63,611 bases of DNA, filler included, from Octopus bimaculoides (GCF_001194135.2; 6 parts of 4 records of this genome joined end to end with filler, not necessarily neighbours in it), one strand, 5' to 3'. Shown: positions 13,791-26,498, numbered from the whole stretch's first letter. Translations and numbers: made by a program. Notes: generated by a model from the sequence alone, not told the origin.

Positions 13791-13994
13791 ACAAAACAAA
13801 TGATTTTGCAGAATAAACATTACTTGTGGGGGGAAAAAATAGCAGTGTATTGACATATAGTGACACTAATGACTGAGATAGGGGGGGGGAAACGCGGAGA
13901 GAAGGGGGTGTGAGTGTTGGACTGAGAGAATAAGAGCGACACAACTAAATGTATGTATATATGGAAGAACACAGCGGGGATACATAATTGCATC

Positions 13995-14075
13995 TGCTGA
14001 ATAAATACTTACATGCGTGTACGCGCACACATACGCATACATACACAAAGAACCACAAACACATGTATATATATA

Positions 14076-14116
<41 letters not shown>

Positions 14117-14358
14117 ATACATATATATATGCATATATACATATATGCATATGTATATATATATATGTATATATATATATGTGTGAGTGCGTATATATAT
14201 ATGTATGTATATGCATATATATGTGGGAGTATATATATATTCAACATACATATATAGGTATATATACTATACATTTATACATACATATATAGGTATATAT
14301 GTATATATACATTTTTACAAATATATATATACTTACATTGCTTATGTATGTGAGTGTG

Positions 14359-14390
<32 letters not shown>

Positions 14391-14402
14391 CGTGTGCGTG
14401 TG
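13995..14402. repeat. Degenerate (TA)n/(TG)n tract
   Basis: Compound dinucleotide repeat. Confidence 0.9.
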
Positions 14403-14773
14403 CATAAAACTATTGGATTTAGACGTCATCAGTTAAGTGTTTATTTTTATTTTTCACTAGAGTATGCGTTATCTTTGTTTATTTTAGCATTGTGCTGTGT
14501 TACGAGTATTGCTTCCATCATTAATTGTCCATATTTATGGGGAGTTCTATAATGTATAAATGCGTGCGTATTCCTCACTAATGCTTAACACAGAGCATAA
14601 GGCCAAGACAAACAAAAACAAAATGGCGTATAATTTAACGGTCAGCCATTCGAAATTCGCGGCGGTAATGTCTTTTCATATCTATCTATATAGCTAGCTA
14701 TCTCTCCTTTCTCGCTGCGGCAATGTCTTTTCATCTCTTACCCTGCCCCTCTCTCTCTCTCTCTCTCTCTCTG

Positions 14774-14808
<35 letters not shown>

Positions 14809-14908
14809 NNNNNNNNNNNNNNNNNNNNNNNNNNNNNNNNNNNNNNNNNNNNTTAATTAATTAANNNNNNNNNNNNNNNNNNNNNNNNNNNNNNNNNNNN
14901 NNNNNNNN
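14809..14908. other. Scaffolding gap with synthetic TTAATTAATTAA spacer (44 N + 12 nt + 44 N)
   Basis: The same 100-nt construct occurs at 24030-24129, 39406-39505, 53681-53780 and 56404-56503. Confidence 0.9.
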
Positions 14909-15515
14909 ATATATATATATACACATATATATATATAAATACACAAACACACATAGACACATCCGCACACACATACATACATAATACATATTTGTGTGTG
15001 TGTTTGATTGTGAGCGCATACTACAGATAGATTTCACTAATGGATATTTGAATAATACGTAATACAAGAAAAAAAATATTGCATTTTTTACAAGGATCCG
15101 GTTATTGCACAGATATTAGTAAAAAAAATCATGAGTGACAAGATTAGCGGTTTCATTCAGATGGCGTCTTTGTTTATTATTTTCCGAAACTTATGTGTTA
15201 TCCTTCGCCAGACTACAGGGAAACACGCATACATATCTATAGCTATGCATGTGTGTCTATGTGAGCGTTTGTATACTTATTTGTGTATATCTTGGTATGT
15301 ATATATTTATATATTTATTAATATGTGTGTGTATGCATATTGTAACCAAATCTGACATTGATACATGAAACACACCCTTGCATAGCCTTACACGGTTTAT
15401 AATTAATTGTCTTCTTACATACTTCTAGATTTAAATATGTTAAGTGTATCAAAAATACGATTAGTAAAAATTTATCTTGTCACACTTTCCTTCTTTATTT
15501 AACGTCATCTTCAAG

Positions 15516-15942
15516 GCGGCGATCTGGCAGAAACGGTAGCGCACCGGGCGAAATGCTTAGCGTCTGCTGCTACGTTCTGAGTTCAAATTCCACTGAGGTC
15601 GACTTTGCCTTTCATCCTTTCGGAGTCGATTAAATAAGTACCAGTTATGCACTGAGGTCGATATAATCGACTTAATCCGTTTGTCTGTCCTTGTTTGTCC
15701 CCTCTGTGTGTAGCCCCTTGTGAGCAGTAAAAAATAAAAAACGTTAGCACTCCGGGCGAAATGCTTAACGGTATTTCGTCCGTCTTTACCTTTTGAGTTC
15801 AAATTCCGTCGAAGTCGATTTTGTCCTTCATCCTTTAGGGGTCGATAAATTAAGTACCGTTTGCGTACTGGGGTCGATCTAATCGACTGCCAACCCCCTC
15901 CTCCCCCAAAATTTCGAACCTTGTGCCTAGGGTAGAAAAGAA
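15516..15942 (+). mobile_element. Head-to-tail dimeric SINE family B inside one TSD
   Basis: Two units (ggcggcgatctggcag...; cgttagcactccgggcg...), each with gagttcaaattcc and the tttcatccttt(c/a)g(g)agtcgat..taagtacc core. Flanked by tatttaac(g/a)tcatcttcaag at 15496-15515 and 15943-15962. Confidence 0.88.
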
Positions 15943-16261
15943 TATTTAACATCATCTTCAAGAAATACTTAGGCGTCTGCTCCCAAAGTATTTGAATAGG
16001 TGGAGCGATAATTTTTATTTTCTGGATTTATTGGCTATGCCTCTACTCTGTCTCTGCTCTGGAAAAATCTTCAGAAAAAGTGATGTTGAAACCAATCTGG
16101 TATCTGCCAATTTATTGGAAACAACAATGAAGCTAACCTTAAATTTTTTGTAATACCAGCGAGAGAGGCTGGTTCCAAACGTTCACAAATGCTTATGATA
16201 ATAAGTAAATGCATGAACAGCACCGGGCAACTAGGCACTCACGCATAACTACCTTGTAAAC

Positions 16262-16632
16262 GTGGCGGCGCAATGACCCAGTGGTTAGGGCAGCGGACTC
16301 ACGGTCGTAGGATCACGGTTTCGATTCCCAGACTGAACGTTGTGAGTGTTTATTGAGCGAAAACATCTAAAGCGTCACGGGGGTGGTGGAGAATCTAGCT
16401 GTACTCTTTCACCACAACTTTCTCTCACTCTTTCTTCTCGTTTCTGTTGTCCCTGTATTTCAAAGGGCCAATCTTGTCACACTCTGTGTCACGCTGAATC
16501 TCCCCGAGAACTACGTGAAGGGTACACGTGTCCGTGGAGTGTTCAGCCACTGGCACGTTAATTTCATGAGTAGGCTGTTCCGTTGATCGGATCAACTGGA
16601 ACCCTTATCATCGTAACCGACGGAGTGCCATG
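16262..16632 (+). mobile_element. SINE family C, full length, with TSD
   Basis: A and B boxes present; 11-bp TSD accttgtaaac at 16251-16261 and 16633-16643. Confidence 0.92.
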
Positions 16633-17951
16633 ACCTTGTAAACACCGTGTGAGTCACCCAGCACAGAATTTAGAACCTGTATCAGAAAGTAATATGTGAT
16701 CTGGTTCAATCCACCGTTTAGCAAGGGCGTTAAGAAAAACGTGACAGAACAATTCCTCACTTGAATTAATAAACACGTGCATAGAGACAGTATACTTCGT
16801 AAATTATTCAATGGGAACAATTTAAAACCAAGTATTCCACTACACTTTCTATAAGAAATATCATTTAATTGAATTATCACATAATATTTTAGAACATAGT
16901 AAATCGAACAGGAGGTAAATGTAATCTTCGAAATACTGGATTCATTTCATGTATAACCAGCACAGGTGCAATTGAATTGTCTATAAAGTCATTACAACTG
17001 GAAAAATTCAACAGCATTGCCTCTTACATTACCTTCACATGTAAATTATTGAAAAGCCTAATAAATAAGAATATAAGGTCTTTCAAACACTGTCACAAAG
17101 AAAATATTACATTGCTCTCAAAGCACATTTAGCAGAGGAAGTATAAAAGTAAGTGTACTGGCATAGTACACTCAAGCTAAGCAACGATTCACCCTATAGT
17201 GCTTAAAATGTTAGAATCTGTCTGTATGTCTCTTTACACACAAACACACACACGCACACAAACACACACACGCACACAAACACACAAACACAAACTCATG
17301 TATAACTTCGTTCGGATGTTTTGATGTAGCAAATGGACTTACTCCATTCTTCCTGTTTATATATATNNNNNNNNNNNNNNNNNNNNNNNNNNNNNNNNNN
17401 NNNNNNNNNNNNNNNNNNNNNNNNNNNNNNNNNNNNNNNNNNNNNNNNNNNNNNNNNNNNNNNNNNNNNNNNNNNNNNNNNNNNNNNNNNNNNNNNNNNN
17501 NNNNNNNNNNNNNNNNNNNNNNNNNNNNNNNNNNNNNNNNNNNNNNNNNNNNNNNNNNNNNNNNNNNNNNNNNNNNNNNNNNNNNNNNNNNNNNNNNNNN
17601 NNNNNNNNNNNNNNNNNNNNNNNNNNNNNNNNNNNNNNNNNNNNNNNNNNNNNNNNNNNNNNNNNNNNNNNNNNNNNNNNNNNNNNNNNNNNNNNNNNNN
17701 NNNNNNNNNNNNNNNNNNNNNNNNNNNNNNNNNNNNNNNNNNNNNNNNNNNNNNNNNNNNNNNNNNNNNNNNNNNNNNNNNNNNNNNNNNNNNNNNNNNN
17801 NNNNNNNNNNNNNNNNNNNNNNNNNNNNNNNNNNNNNNNNNNNNNNNNNNNNNNNNNNNNNNNNNNNNNNNNNNNNNNNNNNNNNNNNNNNNNNNNNNNN
17901 NNNNNNNNNNNNNNNNNATATATATATATATATATACATACATACATATCT

Positions 17952-18107
17952 ACTTTATTTGTGGGTTAGCAAGGCTACCGTTGGTTTCATACTACGATTT
18001 CTCAGCAATTATCAAATTATCAGACCTCCCAATGTGGGAGGCTTGATAATTGCTGAGAATTTCTTGGCATGAAACCAATGGTAACCTTGTTGACTCACAA
18101 ATAAAGT
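17952..18107. mobile_element. Foldback (palindromic) element, about 156 bp
   Basis: Arms actttatttgtgggttagcaaggctaccgttggtttcat...ttctcagcaattatcaa...cctccca and tgggagg...ttgataattgctgagaa...atgaaaccaatggtaaccttgttgactcacaaataaagt. A related arm begins at ~49047. Confidence 0.8.
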
Positions 18108-18408
18108 TTAATTATCCACAACTGTGGTATAGAGCACTAATTCTCACTGCTCCATATTAACGTATATGTACGTGTGTAGCTTGTGCGTGTGTGCATGTGC
18201 ATTTATTCATACATGCATATATACATGCGTGCATACAAACGCTACTGGATTTGTTGCAGATTGGCTGATTCTTTCGCTGAGTTTGGTCAAATTAATGTGG
18301 ACACCACTGATGAGAAAACAATAAAGTTCGAAAATCGTTAAGTATGTCCATTTTTTTCAATACAAGGAGAAATAGCAAAATTTGCCGTTTGTCTATCTAC
18401 TATATAAG

Positions 18409-18444
<36 letters not shown>

Positions 18445-19096
18445 CAGTGAAATTCATTTCTGTCAGATGATAGTAGTAACCCATAATATGCGTCTGTGCA
18501 TGTTGGAGTCGGTATCCGTGTTTATGCTCACACCGGCCTAAAAGCTGATATTATTTAACTCGTTCTTTCTTTTGCCCTGTAAACTAGTAATTAGAGAAAT
18601 GGAGACGAGAAAATAGCTGCCAGTTGAGCTCCTGAGTCCATGTAATAGACCTGCTCCTTCCTTTGTGCTAAGATTTGGAACCATTATTTTCTCAATTTCG
18701 CAGCAATAAACTTCTCTTCTTCACAGTATACACCATATTCCACAGTTTGATCTAAAGTTGTGTGTAAAAATATTAAGTCGCAGATAATCGATATGAAAAT
18801 ACATAAATAAATTGAGGCAAAACTTAAGTCTACTCGAATCAGTATGGGAACTGGTACGTGCTTGTTTTCTTTGGAAGAAAATATCAAACACAGGTCTCTG
18901 AAATTACTCCTTTCAGAAATGAATAAGAGAGGGGCATATTGCATAATGTAGTGCTACTGAAACCTTTAAAAACGCTGAGTGGATGAGAATCCTTAATCTA
19001 AGATGTGCTCTATCCAACAAAGAAGTCCATACGTGGATGCCCATCCAGTAAGAAATAATACTCACCAAATAATACCTACATTTTTAAATACGGAAG

Positions 19097-19476
19097 GTGG
19101 AGGCGCAATGGCCCAGTGGTTAAGGCAGCGGACTCGCGGTCATAAGATCGCGGTTTCGATTCCCAGACCGGGCGTTGTGAGTGTTTATTGAGCGAAAACA
19201 CCTAAAACTCCTTGAAGCTCCGGATGGTGGTGAACCCTGCTGTACTCTTCCACCACAACTTTCTCTCACTCTTATTTCCTGTTTCTGTTGTACCTGTAAT
19301 TCAAAGGGTCAGCCTTGTCACACTGTGTCACGATGAATATCCCTGAGAATTACGTTAAGGGTACACGTGTCTGTGGAGAGCTCAGCCACTTGCACGTTAA
19401 TTTCACGAGCAGGCTGTTCCGTTGATCGGATCAACTGGAACCCTCCACGTCGTAAGCGACGGAGTGCTAACAACAA
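19097..19476 (+). mobile_element. SINE family C, full length, with TSD
   Basis: A and B boxes present; TSD aaatacgga at 19086-19094 and 19477-19485. Confidence 0.92.
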
Positions 19477-20896
19477 AAATACGGAGAGGTTACATGAAAT
19501 TCCTTAAAAGAATGCAATGGTTGTAACGTGAATGTTTTTGTTCTCATGTTTATTCGTTCATGATTTACCTGGGGCTAAACAAGAAACAGTTACGGCTTAA
19601 GCCTTCATTCAGTAATGTAACTATATTTTCAGTATTTATTCTGAATTAAAAGTGATTGTCTAAGTAAACAAGTGTGGATATATCAAAGACATCAACTCAT
19701 TAGCTCCCCATGTCTTGGAGGGAAACTTGAGATTGATCTATGATTAAAAGTAATTTAATGATTATTCTCTTGTATGAGAGTATTCTTTCGAATAACTTAA
19801 TTAATGATTATGATACGTAGTCCATTATTTTTACTATTCCTGTATTTGTATTTAAACATTAAAAATCAAATTTGTGAAGAAATCTAGCGTGAGCGACACA
19901 CACGAATACACATACATGCATAAATATAGATTTACAACTATCAATTACACATACATACACACATACACACATACATGCATTCACGTATACTCACACATAT
20001 ACATTGTCATAGATATACACGTTCAGATATATATTTATATATAAACATACGCACATATGCACAAATATATGTATGTATGTATGTGCGTGTATACCTATAT
20101 ACAATCATACACACATACATATATGCGTATATACATACATACAGATATACATATTGGCGCATATGAGCCTNNNNNNNNNNNNNNNNNNNNNNNNNNNNNN
20201 NNNNNNNNNNNNNNNNNNNNNNNNNNNNNNNNNNNNNNNNNNNNNNNNNNNNNNNNNNNNNNNNNNNNNNNNNNNNNNNNNNNNNNNNNNNNNNNNNNNN
20301 NNNNNNNNNNNNNNNNNNNNNNNNNNNNNNNNNNNNNNNNNNNNNNNNNNNNNNNNNNNNNNNNNNNNNNNNNNNNNNNNNNNNNNNNNNNNNNNNNNNN
20401 NNNNNNNNNNNNNNNNNNNNNNNNNNNNNNNNNNNNNNNNNNNNNNNNNNNNNNNNNNNNNNNNNNNNNNNNNNNNNNNNNNNNNNNNNNNNNNNNNNNN
20501 NNNNNNNNNNNNNNNNNNNNNNNNNNNNNNNNNNNNNNNNNNNNNNNNNNNNNNNNNNNNNNNNNNNNNNNNNNNNNNNNNNNNNNNNNNNNNNNNNNNN
20601 NNNNNNNNNNNNNNNNNNNNNNNNNNNNNNNNNNNNNNNNNNNNNNNNNNNNNNNNNNNNNNNNNNNNNNNNNNNNNNNNNNNNNNNNNNNNNNNNNNNN
20701 NNNNNNNNNNNNNNNNNNNNNNNNNNNNNNNNNNNNNNNNNNNNNNNNNNNNNNNNNNNNNNNNNNNNNNNNNNNNNNNNNNNNNNNNNNNNNNNNNNNN
20801 NNNNNNNNNNNNNNNNNNNNNNNNNNNNNNNNNNNNNNNNNNNNNNNNNNNNNNNNNNNNNNNNNNNNNNNNNNNNNNNGTGTGTTTATGTGTGTG

Positions 20897-20939
<43 letters not shown>

Positions 20940-20947
<8 letters not shown>

Positions 20948-21100
20948 CCCCCGACCATCGCTTGACAGTCGGCAAAAGAGACCGATAGAATAAGTACTAG
21001 GCTTACAAAATATAAGTCCTGGAGTTGATTTGTTCGACTGAAGGCGGTGCTCCAGTATGGCCGCAGTCAAATGACTGAAACAAATAAAAGAATAAAAGAA
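20940..21100 (+). mobile_element. SINE family A, 3' half (5' half probably in the preceding gap)
   Basis: gtccccc..accatcgcttgaca..gaccgatagaataagtactaggcttac..ggcggtgctccagtatggccgcagtcaaatgactgaaaca. Confidence 0.88.
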
Positions 21101-21504
21101 CAAAGGAATGTAAATGCTGACTATTTCATTATTGAACGCGTATAATACAAAATTTTATCACTTAAAATAAAATGGTTGAAAAAGCATTTCCATGTTAATA
21201 CACCAGTCACGCTTTATATCGTAGAGAATGGGTAGGAGAGCGAATAAGAAAAGAGATATGAAGAAAGTTCACGTGAAAGATGCTGGATGAGCGTTTATTA
21301 AGTTTCTGAAAAAATACACAAATTTTGCAGAGATAGGTTTCCATAGAATATGTTGTGATACAATTAGTAAAATCGCAAACAAAACAAAAACCAAACAAAA
21401 TATTGAAAACTCATATATATTGATAGTTATTCCGGATATACGAATAAGAAATTGATCTTATTTAATGTTATTATAAGGTAACCTGTTATATATATATATA
21501 TATT

Positions 21505-21686
21505 TTTTCTACTTGTTTCAGTTATTTCGCTACAGCAATTCTGGTGCACAGCCTTGGAAGGTTTTAGTTGAACAAATCGACCCTAGGATTTATTTTTTAA
21601 GCCTCGTACTTATTTTATCGGTCTCTTCTATCCAACTGCTAGTTCACGGCGATGTAAACAAACCAATACCGGTTGTCAAGCGGTCG
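21505..21686 (-). mobile_element. SINE family A, 3' half, diverged
   Basis: Reverse complement of the family A tail; truncated where the foldback begins. Confidence 0.75.
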
Positions 21687-21697
21687 TGAGTATGTCC

Positions 21698-21922
21698 CAT
21701 CGTTTCGTAAATATTTTTTTTAATATTTGAAAATAGTAAAAGAGAGAGCAGTCATGCTTCCTTGTTCATATTCGAACATGCTTCTAATTTGTTGCTGGGC
21801 CGATTTTGCCGCTATCGGCCCAGCGACAGATTAGAAGCATGTTCGAATATGAACGAAGAAACATGACTCCTCTCTCTCTTTTACTATTTTAAAATATTTA
21901 TACCTTGAATTACGAATCGATG
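21698..21922. mobile_element. Foldback/hairpin element, about 225 bp, 11-nt loop
   Basis: Near-perfect inverted arms aatatt(t/g)aaaatagtaaaagagagag..gtcatg..gttcatattcgaacatgcttctaat..gctgggccga around loop ttttgccgcta (21804-21814). Outer arms catcg(t/a)ttcgtaa. Confidence 0.88.
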
Positions 21923-21940
21923 TTGGTAAATGAAGGTAAA

Positions 21941-22352
21941 TACCGTAAATCCTCGAGTATAATCCGCATTTTTCCCCAAAATTTAAAGGTCAAGATCCCC
22001 GGTGCGTACTATATACGAGGTTAAAAACGAAAAATATTTTCTAGGCAAAATTTTCTAAGTGATAAATATGTAAAGTCAATTTACTTAATATTTATTTTCC
22101 ACTGACGTTATTACTGTTATTTCTTTATTTTCTGCAAACAAAGTGCACAAAAAGCTACATGCTTGCATTATGTTATATATACAATAATAATAAAGGACGT
22201 TACAAACCAACGACATTATGTAGACCTCTTTGACTCAAGTTAGAGAAGGGGTGCGTATCATACACAAGGTTTAGGTTTTTCAGAGGTACAGCCCCTTAAA
22301 AATCTCCTGCGTATTATACTCAAGGGCGGACTATACTCGAAGATATACGGTA
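21941..22352. mobile_element. Tc2/pogo-like MITE
   Basis: TIRs taccgtaaatcctcgagtataatccgc and gcggactatactcgaagatatacggta, with TA ends and no ORF. Confidence 0.88.
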
Positions 22353-22606
22353 TATTTTAACGTTTGCACATTTTTTCTTAAAATATGGAATATACAACTG
22401 AAGATCGTAGTATGTACTTATTTAAATTAAATCAATTTTAAAAAATTGATTTAATTAGTTAGTACAATCAAGCTGACCTTGAAATAGACTTCATTCATCT
22501 CGCTCACCTTACATCATTTTTGTACCAAGGAGAAATGCCCTTGTTTTATTTAAAAACAACGGCCATTCAACACGCATGGAGTTTTTTTAACTGCTCATCC
22601 GCCCTC

Positions 22607-22668
<62 letters not shown>

Positions 22669-23838
22669 TATACTTCCATAGACTTCCATTCCAAACCTGA
22701 AGTTTCGTTAGATTTGGGGCAAAAGCTATAGCTGTAGATACCCGTTTCCATTTTATTTCAAGGAGTAAGTAGTAGAGTCCCGTTGTCGGTTTATGTGCAG
22801 TTAACGCTACTAGATCTCTACGCTCCCGATCTTACGCTTACGTCACAGGGCTTTATTTCAGTTTCCTAGATGGCTTATAAAAGGGACTCTTATACATCAA
22901 TGAACCTGTTTTATTCATGTTTAAGAGCCAGCCTTTCACCGAGGCTTAAATACTTTATCCACAGAACCATCTGTTATTTGACCCATAACTGATACCTTGT
23001 CAGTCTGGGTCAGAATGGCTCTGGGTGGATTGGTGAGTAATGAGTAATTCCATTCTCTCTAAAACTCTTGAACTTCCGAGATAGAGCCTCGGCACCGGAT
23101 ACGATTTAATCTCTCGTGTATATTATATAAATAGCTATAAGCTATTGTTACTTGGATAATAAATAACCGATTATTGATTATATCGTAAATTGACATTGAA
23201 AATAGTCAAGTCGATTTGTTTCTCTGGCCATAAACAGGAAAAGAAAAACACTTGGTTTAAGTACAATAACCGCTTTTCAAATCTAAAATTTAGGGCTAAG
23301 AGTACGAGTTTCGCACCTAGAAAATAGTGTTTATTGGTAACATGTGTTCATTCACTTTCTACTTTCTCTCCTTTCAGCTCTCTCTTTATTTCTCTTTCAC
23401 CTTGTTCTTTAACAGATAACAGAAACTGATTTAATTTTAACAGAAAACAAAAGATATTAAAGGAACCAGTAATATCCTTCAGTCAGATACAAGGAACTTT
23501 ATCCGTGTATCGATATTCAAGGAGTTTTCTTTTGGATAGTTTCCAGACACTTCAAAGTTCCGAACTCATTCACATAAATAACAGAAGTGAGTACACAGAA
23601 CAGTTAGTTACATTTGACGGTGAAATTCTTTGACGAACTGTGAAATTCTTTGACCGGCGATGGATTTACCAAGAGACCTCTTGACACGACTTCATTTAAA
23701 ATGTAACATATAACGAGTCGCGAGAATATTTTACGTTCGTGAAACGCCAAGTAGTAATGGCGAGAACGATCAAATGCTTCCCAATAAATATGAAGTCTAT
23801 GTTATGTATTCAGATACACCTGTAGTATGTAGCTTAAA

Positions 23839-24001
23839 GTGCAGGCGTGGTTGTATGGGAAGAAGCTTGCTTCCAAACCACATGATCCCGGGTTCAGTCC
23901 CATGGCGGTGCACTTTGGGCAAGTGTCTCCTACTATAGCCTTGGGACGGCTAAAGCTTTGTGAATGGAACTCACAGACGGACACAGAAAGCAGCCCGTCG
24001 T
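23839..24001 (+). mobile_element. SINE family A, 5' half, ending in (TA)n at a gap
   Basis: gcaggcgtggttgtatgg..ccacatgatcccgggttcagtccc..ctttgggcaagtgtctcctactatagcc..agcccgtcg. Confidence 0.85.
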
Positions 24002-24146
24002 ATATGTATATGTATATATATATATATATNNNNNNNNNNNNNNNNNNNNNNNNNNNNNNNNNNNNNNNNNNNNTTAATTAATTAANNNNNNNNNNNNNNN
24101 NNNNNNNNNNNNNNNNNNNNNNNNNNNNNTTAAACTGTTCTTTTAT

Positions 24147-24309
24147 CTCTCTTCACATTATCTTTGCTAATCTTTCTCGATTTTTATTTCCACTCTCTCT
24201 CTCTTCACACTATCTTTGCTAATCTTTCTCGATTTTTATTTCCACTCTCTCTCTCTTCACACTATCTTTGCTAATCTTTCTCGATTTTTATTTCCACTCT
24301 CTCTCTCTC
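24147..24309. repeat. 52-bp tandem repeat, about 3 copies
   Basis: Unit cttcacactatctttgctaatctttctcgatttttatttccactctctctct starts at 24151, 24203 and 24255. Confidence 0.92.
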
Positions 24310-24343
24310 ATCTGTCCGTCTGTTTTTCTTCCTCTCTCTTTAA

Positions 24344-24378
<35 letters not shown>

Positions 24379-24469
24379 AGATGCATATGTGTGTGTCTGA
24401 GAAAGAGACAGAGAGAGACAGACAAACAGACACACAGAGTGTGTGTGTATGTTTCTGTCTCCTGATATT

Positions 24470-24945
24470 GACATTGAGTGGTTGTTGTAAATGAATGTCA
24501 TTCATTTCTAATTTTCTATGAAAACATGTCTGACCATGAGAAAATATTACCTTGCTTGGAAACAGCAACAAGAAGGCAGCTGGGCATAGAAAATCTGCTT
24601 CAATAAATTCCATTTGGCCGTGAAAGTATGGAAAAGTGGATGTAGACGCGCACACACACACATGCACATACATACAACAGAAGTACCCCAACATGGGTAC
24701 CCCATACAATGGCAGTACTCTAACATGGCCAAAGTTTTCAAAAAGGGACTATACAAAGGAGTGTAGACAGAGTACCCTCTGGAAGTAGTTGGGGTGATGA
24801 AGGGCATATAATTCCAGAAACCATGCCAAAAAATGGCATGTACTGAAAGAGGCTAGGCCACTGATAACAGTCTAGGAGGGCTGTAACTAATTTGAGCTAT
24901 GACCTGTCCAACCCATGCCTCGATGGAAAGGAGATATAAAATGAT
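24470..24945 (+). mobile_element. Fragments of SINE family E (V-SINE-like gaagggcat tail), old
   Basis: gtagttggggtgatgaagggcatata..agaaaccatgccaaa..tgtccaacccatgcctcgatggaaa resembles 36622-36890. Confidence 0.5.
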
Positions 24946-24957
24946 AATATATTTAAT

Positions 24958-25035
24958 CCATCCATCCATCCATCCATCTTATCTTATCTTATCTTATCTT
25001 ATCTTATCTTATCTTATCGTATCGTATCTTATTCT
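24958..25035. repeat. (TCCA)n followed by (ATCTT)n
   Basis: Direct tandem repeats. Confidence 0.9.
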
Positions 25036-25160
25036 ATGCTATCCTATCTCATTTATCTATTCTACTTACCTATCTATCCAGCAGCTTATCTCTCTCTCTG
25101 TCCATCATTTTAAAGTCATTATACATTTTTATGTCTATTTTACCATTTTTTTTTCACTAG

Positions 25161-25324
25161 GTGTAGGAGTGGCTGTGTGGTAAGTAGCTTGCTTACCAAC
25201 CACATGGTTCCGGGTTCATTCCTACTGTGTGGCACCTTGGGCAAGTGTCTCCTACTATAGCCTCAGACCGACCAAAGCCTTCTGAGTGGATTTGGTAGAC
25301 GGAAACTGAAAGAAGCCCATCGTA

Positions 25325-25365
<41 letters not shown>

Positions 25366-25748
25366 NNNNNNNNNNNNNNNNNNNNNNNNNNNNNNNNNNN
25401 NNNNNNNNNNNNNNNNNNNNNNNNNNNNNNNNNNNNNNNNNNNNNNNNNNNNNNNNNNNNNNNNNNNNNNNNNNNNNNNNNNNNNNNNNNNNNNNNNNNN
25501 NNNNNNNNNNNNNNTATGTATGTGTGTTTGTGTGTCTGTGTTTGTCCCCCCAACATCGCTTGACAACCGATGCTGGTGTGTTTACGTCCCCTTAACTTAG
25601 CGGTTCGGCAAAAGTGACCGATAGAATAAGTACTAGGCTTCCAAAAAATAATTCCTGGGGGTCGATTTGCTCGACTAAAAGGCGGTACTCCAGCATGGCC
25701 GCAGTCAAATGACTGAAACAAGTAAAAGAGTAAAGAGTAAAAGAGAGT
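25161..25748 (+). mobile_element. SINE family A, both halves, with internal microsatellite spanning a gap
   Basis: Head gtgtaggagtggctgtgtggtaagtagc..cacatggttccgggttc; (TA)n-N-(TG)n; tail gtttgtccccccaacatcgcttgacaaccg..gactgaaacaagtaaaagag. Confidence 0.92.
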
Positions 25749-26189
25749 ACCTATACCTCTCCTTTTCTATTTGTCCCTCTCTATCCCGCTCATTTTCAAT
25801 AACATCCCCCACCCCCGCGCTCTGAGATCCTTGTCACACCTTTTTACACCTGTTTAAATCTGTTGCTCTTTTTTTATTCCTTTCTCAGTTCTCCTTCTTT
25901 CTCTCATGTCTCTCACCTTGATCTCTCTCTCTTTTAATATCTTTCTCTCCCTCTCTCCATCTTTCCGATTCCTCTCCCTCAGTATTCTTTCCCTAACTCC
26001 CCCTCTCTCATCCTCAGCTCCCTCCTTTATATCTTTCCCTCTCTATATCCATTGCTCTCACAACCCCTCCAATCACTGTAGACACTGGCTGGTGTAGACA
26101 TTCCTGTTCAAAACTTTCAACGATGTGTGTTTCCAGTAGAAATAACACAAGAATCCTTTCTCATCCCTTACATTATTGACTGGCAAGTC

Positions 26190-26230
<41 letters not shown>

Positions 26231-26359
26231 CACTGCATATATAACCACCACCACCACCATCATATTCATCATCATCATTTAACAGTTGGCTTCCATGCTG
26301 ACAATATATCTATATGTGTGTGTGTGTGTGTGTGTATGAATAGAGAGGGAGAGAGCATA

Positions 26360-26498
26360 CACTTAGCGGTTCGGCAAGAAGTGACCGATAGAATAAGTAC
26401 TAGGCTTACAAAGAATAATTGCTGGGGTCGATTTGCTCAACTAAAGGCGGTGCTCCAGCATGGCCGCAGTCAGATGACTGAAACAAGTAAATGAGTAA
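26360..26498 (+). mobile_element. SINE family A, 3' part
   Basis: cttagcggttcggc..gaccgatagaataagtactaggcttacaaagaata..ggcggtgctccagcatggccgcagtc. Confidence 0.88.

Noticed and set aside
23416-23586. Plus-strand exon candidate (long pyrimidine tract, GTGAGT donor, TATCGATA DRE-like site)
   Set aside because: Stops occur in the frames I traced from the available acceptors, and no partner exon was found.
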